Shown here: positions 63,271-64,000 of the stretch, piece after piece | Numbering within the stretch: the stretch's first letter is position 1 | Layout: the number at the start of each line of letters is the position of its first letter | NCBI GenBank assembly: GCA_976226885.1 | Contig: OZ320313.1 | Location: 23,250,001-23,314,000, forward strand | Reading direction: 5' to 3' | DNA: 64,000 nt | From: Iphione sp. A-MEVVRFRX5 | Taxonomy: Eukaryota | Made by a program: the position numbers and the translations under genes | The notes under the pieces: model-generated | The model's database searches: none | What the model was told of the DNA's origin: nothing | What the model saw: only the letters and a program-made list of their open reading frames with translations

Positions 63271-63695
63271 GTAAGTTGCTGTCTAGAGTTTATGTCTTTT
63301 CAGTATGCTTGCTGTAGTCTTCGTGTATATTTCTACACATAAAGGTTTGAATGGTGGCCGTCATGTAGTACATACAGTTAAGTTTCATATGTAACTGGTT
63401 CTATAGGATATCACTTAAATTTAGCACATTTATGTGCATATCCTTCTGTAGTATTTATCAGTAATACCAAAAAACAACTCTTAAAAGTGAAGACATTTAT
63501 TGTCACAAACTACCAAGCCAACTGTTACAGGCCCGCACGGCACCCCCTTGTATAAAAACCATATCCGCCGGGTCACACACACACACATGCAACCCCACAT
63601 GAACACACACAAGCACTAATGCCCTATCAATATGGCCCATAATGTTGTCTTGTCCAACTCTAAAAACAAGGTTTTCCCTGTGCTTAATTTTACAG

Positions 63696-64000
63696 ATGCA
63701 GGCAGCGCCAGGTCGTCCACCAGCGACACCACGGTCGACCTCGCTGCTGCCTACCTCGACCTGGAGGCCCGCATGGACCGCTTTGATAAGGAGGTGGTGT
63801 CCATCGGCCGGCGGCTAGATGCCCTTGAGCATCTAGCCCGCCACCGTCGCCGGCCGTTGGACGCCAACGACAAGCGCATCTTGTCGGAGCGCTTCGAGCG
63901 CATCAAGGACACGACCGGCCTGACCAAAAGCCAATATGAGGAAGTCGTCCTGGACGTGCTAGCTGTGGAGGGCCGTCCAGGACTTGGCCTGCCCCCATAA
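63696..64000 (+). CDS. MADF gene terminal exon 5 (coiled-coil-like segment), stop TAA at 63998-64000
   Basis: Acceptor aattttacag, open DAGSARSS...YLDLEARMDRFDKEVVSIGRRLDALE...GLPP*. The five exons sum to 1188 nt, giving 395 aa in frame. Confidence 0.75.

Larger units (their letters stand above)
59371..64000 (+). mobile_element. Left portion of a putative PIF/Harbinger-type DNA transposon carrying a MADF gene (runs off the window)
   Basis: Terminus TAA|GCGCTATCCCCATAGACGCGAA, with subterminal repeats (ctatccccat...cgccacc at 59374 and 59457). The same end recurs in the MITE at 12183-12737. A Myb/SANT-like gene just inside is the known second gene of Harbinger elements. No right TIR or transposase in the window. 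Confidence 0.55.

Noticed and set aside
62836-63342. Poly-Leu, poly-Cys, poly-Ala and poly-Ser ORFs
   Set aside because: Alternative frames of the CAG-rich exon. Only the Gln/Pro frame fits the splice phases.

Overview
Intron-rich, repeat-rich animal (probably invertebrate) genomic DNA. It has no rRNA, intact tRNA or CRISPR array. Only two protein-coding genes are supportable. The first is a FAM43A/B-like PTB (PID) domain protein with a single coding exon at 1262-2887 (+), a GC-box/TATA promoter near 220-275 and long acidic and Thr-rich tails. The second is a five-exon MADF (Myb/SANT-like) domain gene at 59720-64000 (+) with a polyQ/P exon. It starts about 350 bp inside what looks like the left end of a PIF/Harbinger-type DNA transposon (from 59371); any transposase would lie beyond the window. 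The roughly 56 kb between them has no recognisable gene. It holds many non-autonomous DNA transposons (MITEs), including a CpG-decayed derivative of the 59371 end at 12183-12737, several TA-flanked AGGCC-ended elements, a 210-bp-arm hairpin element and a foldback-like element with inverted 31-bp arrays. It also holds two decayed LINE fragments, a tRNA-derived SINE head, mini- and microsatellites. All calls come from reading the sequence by eye; no database search was run.
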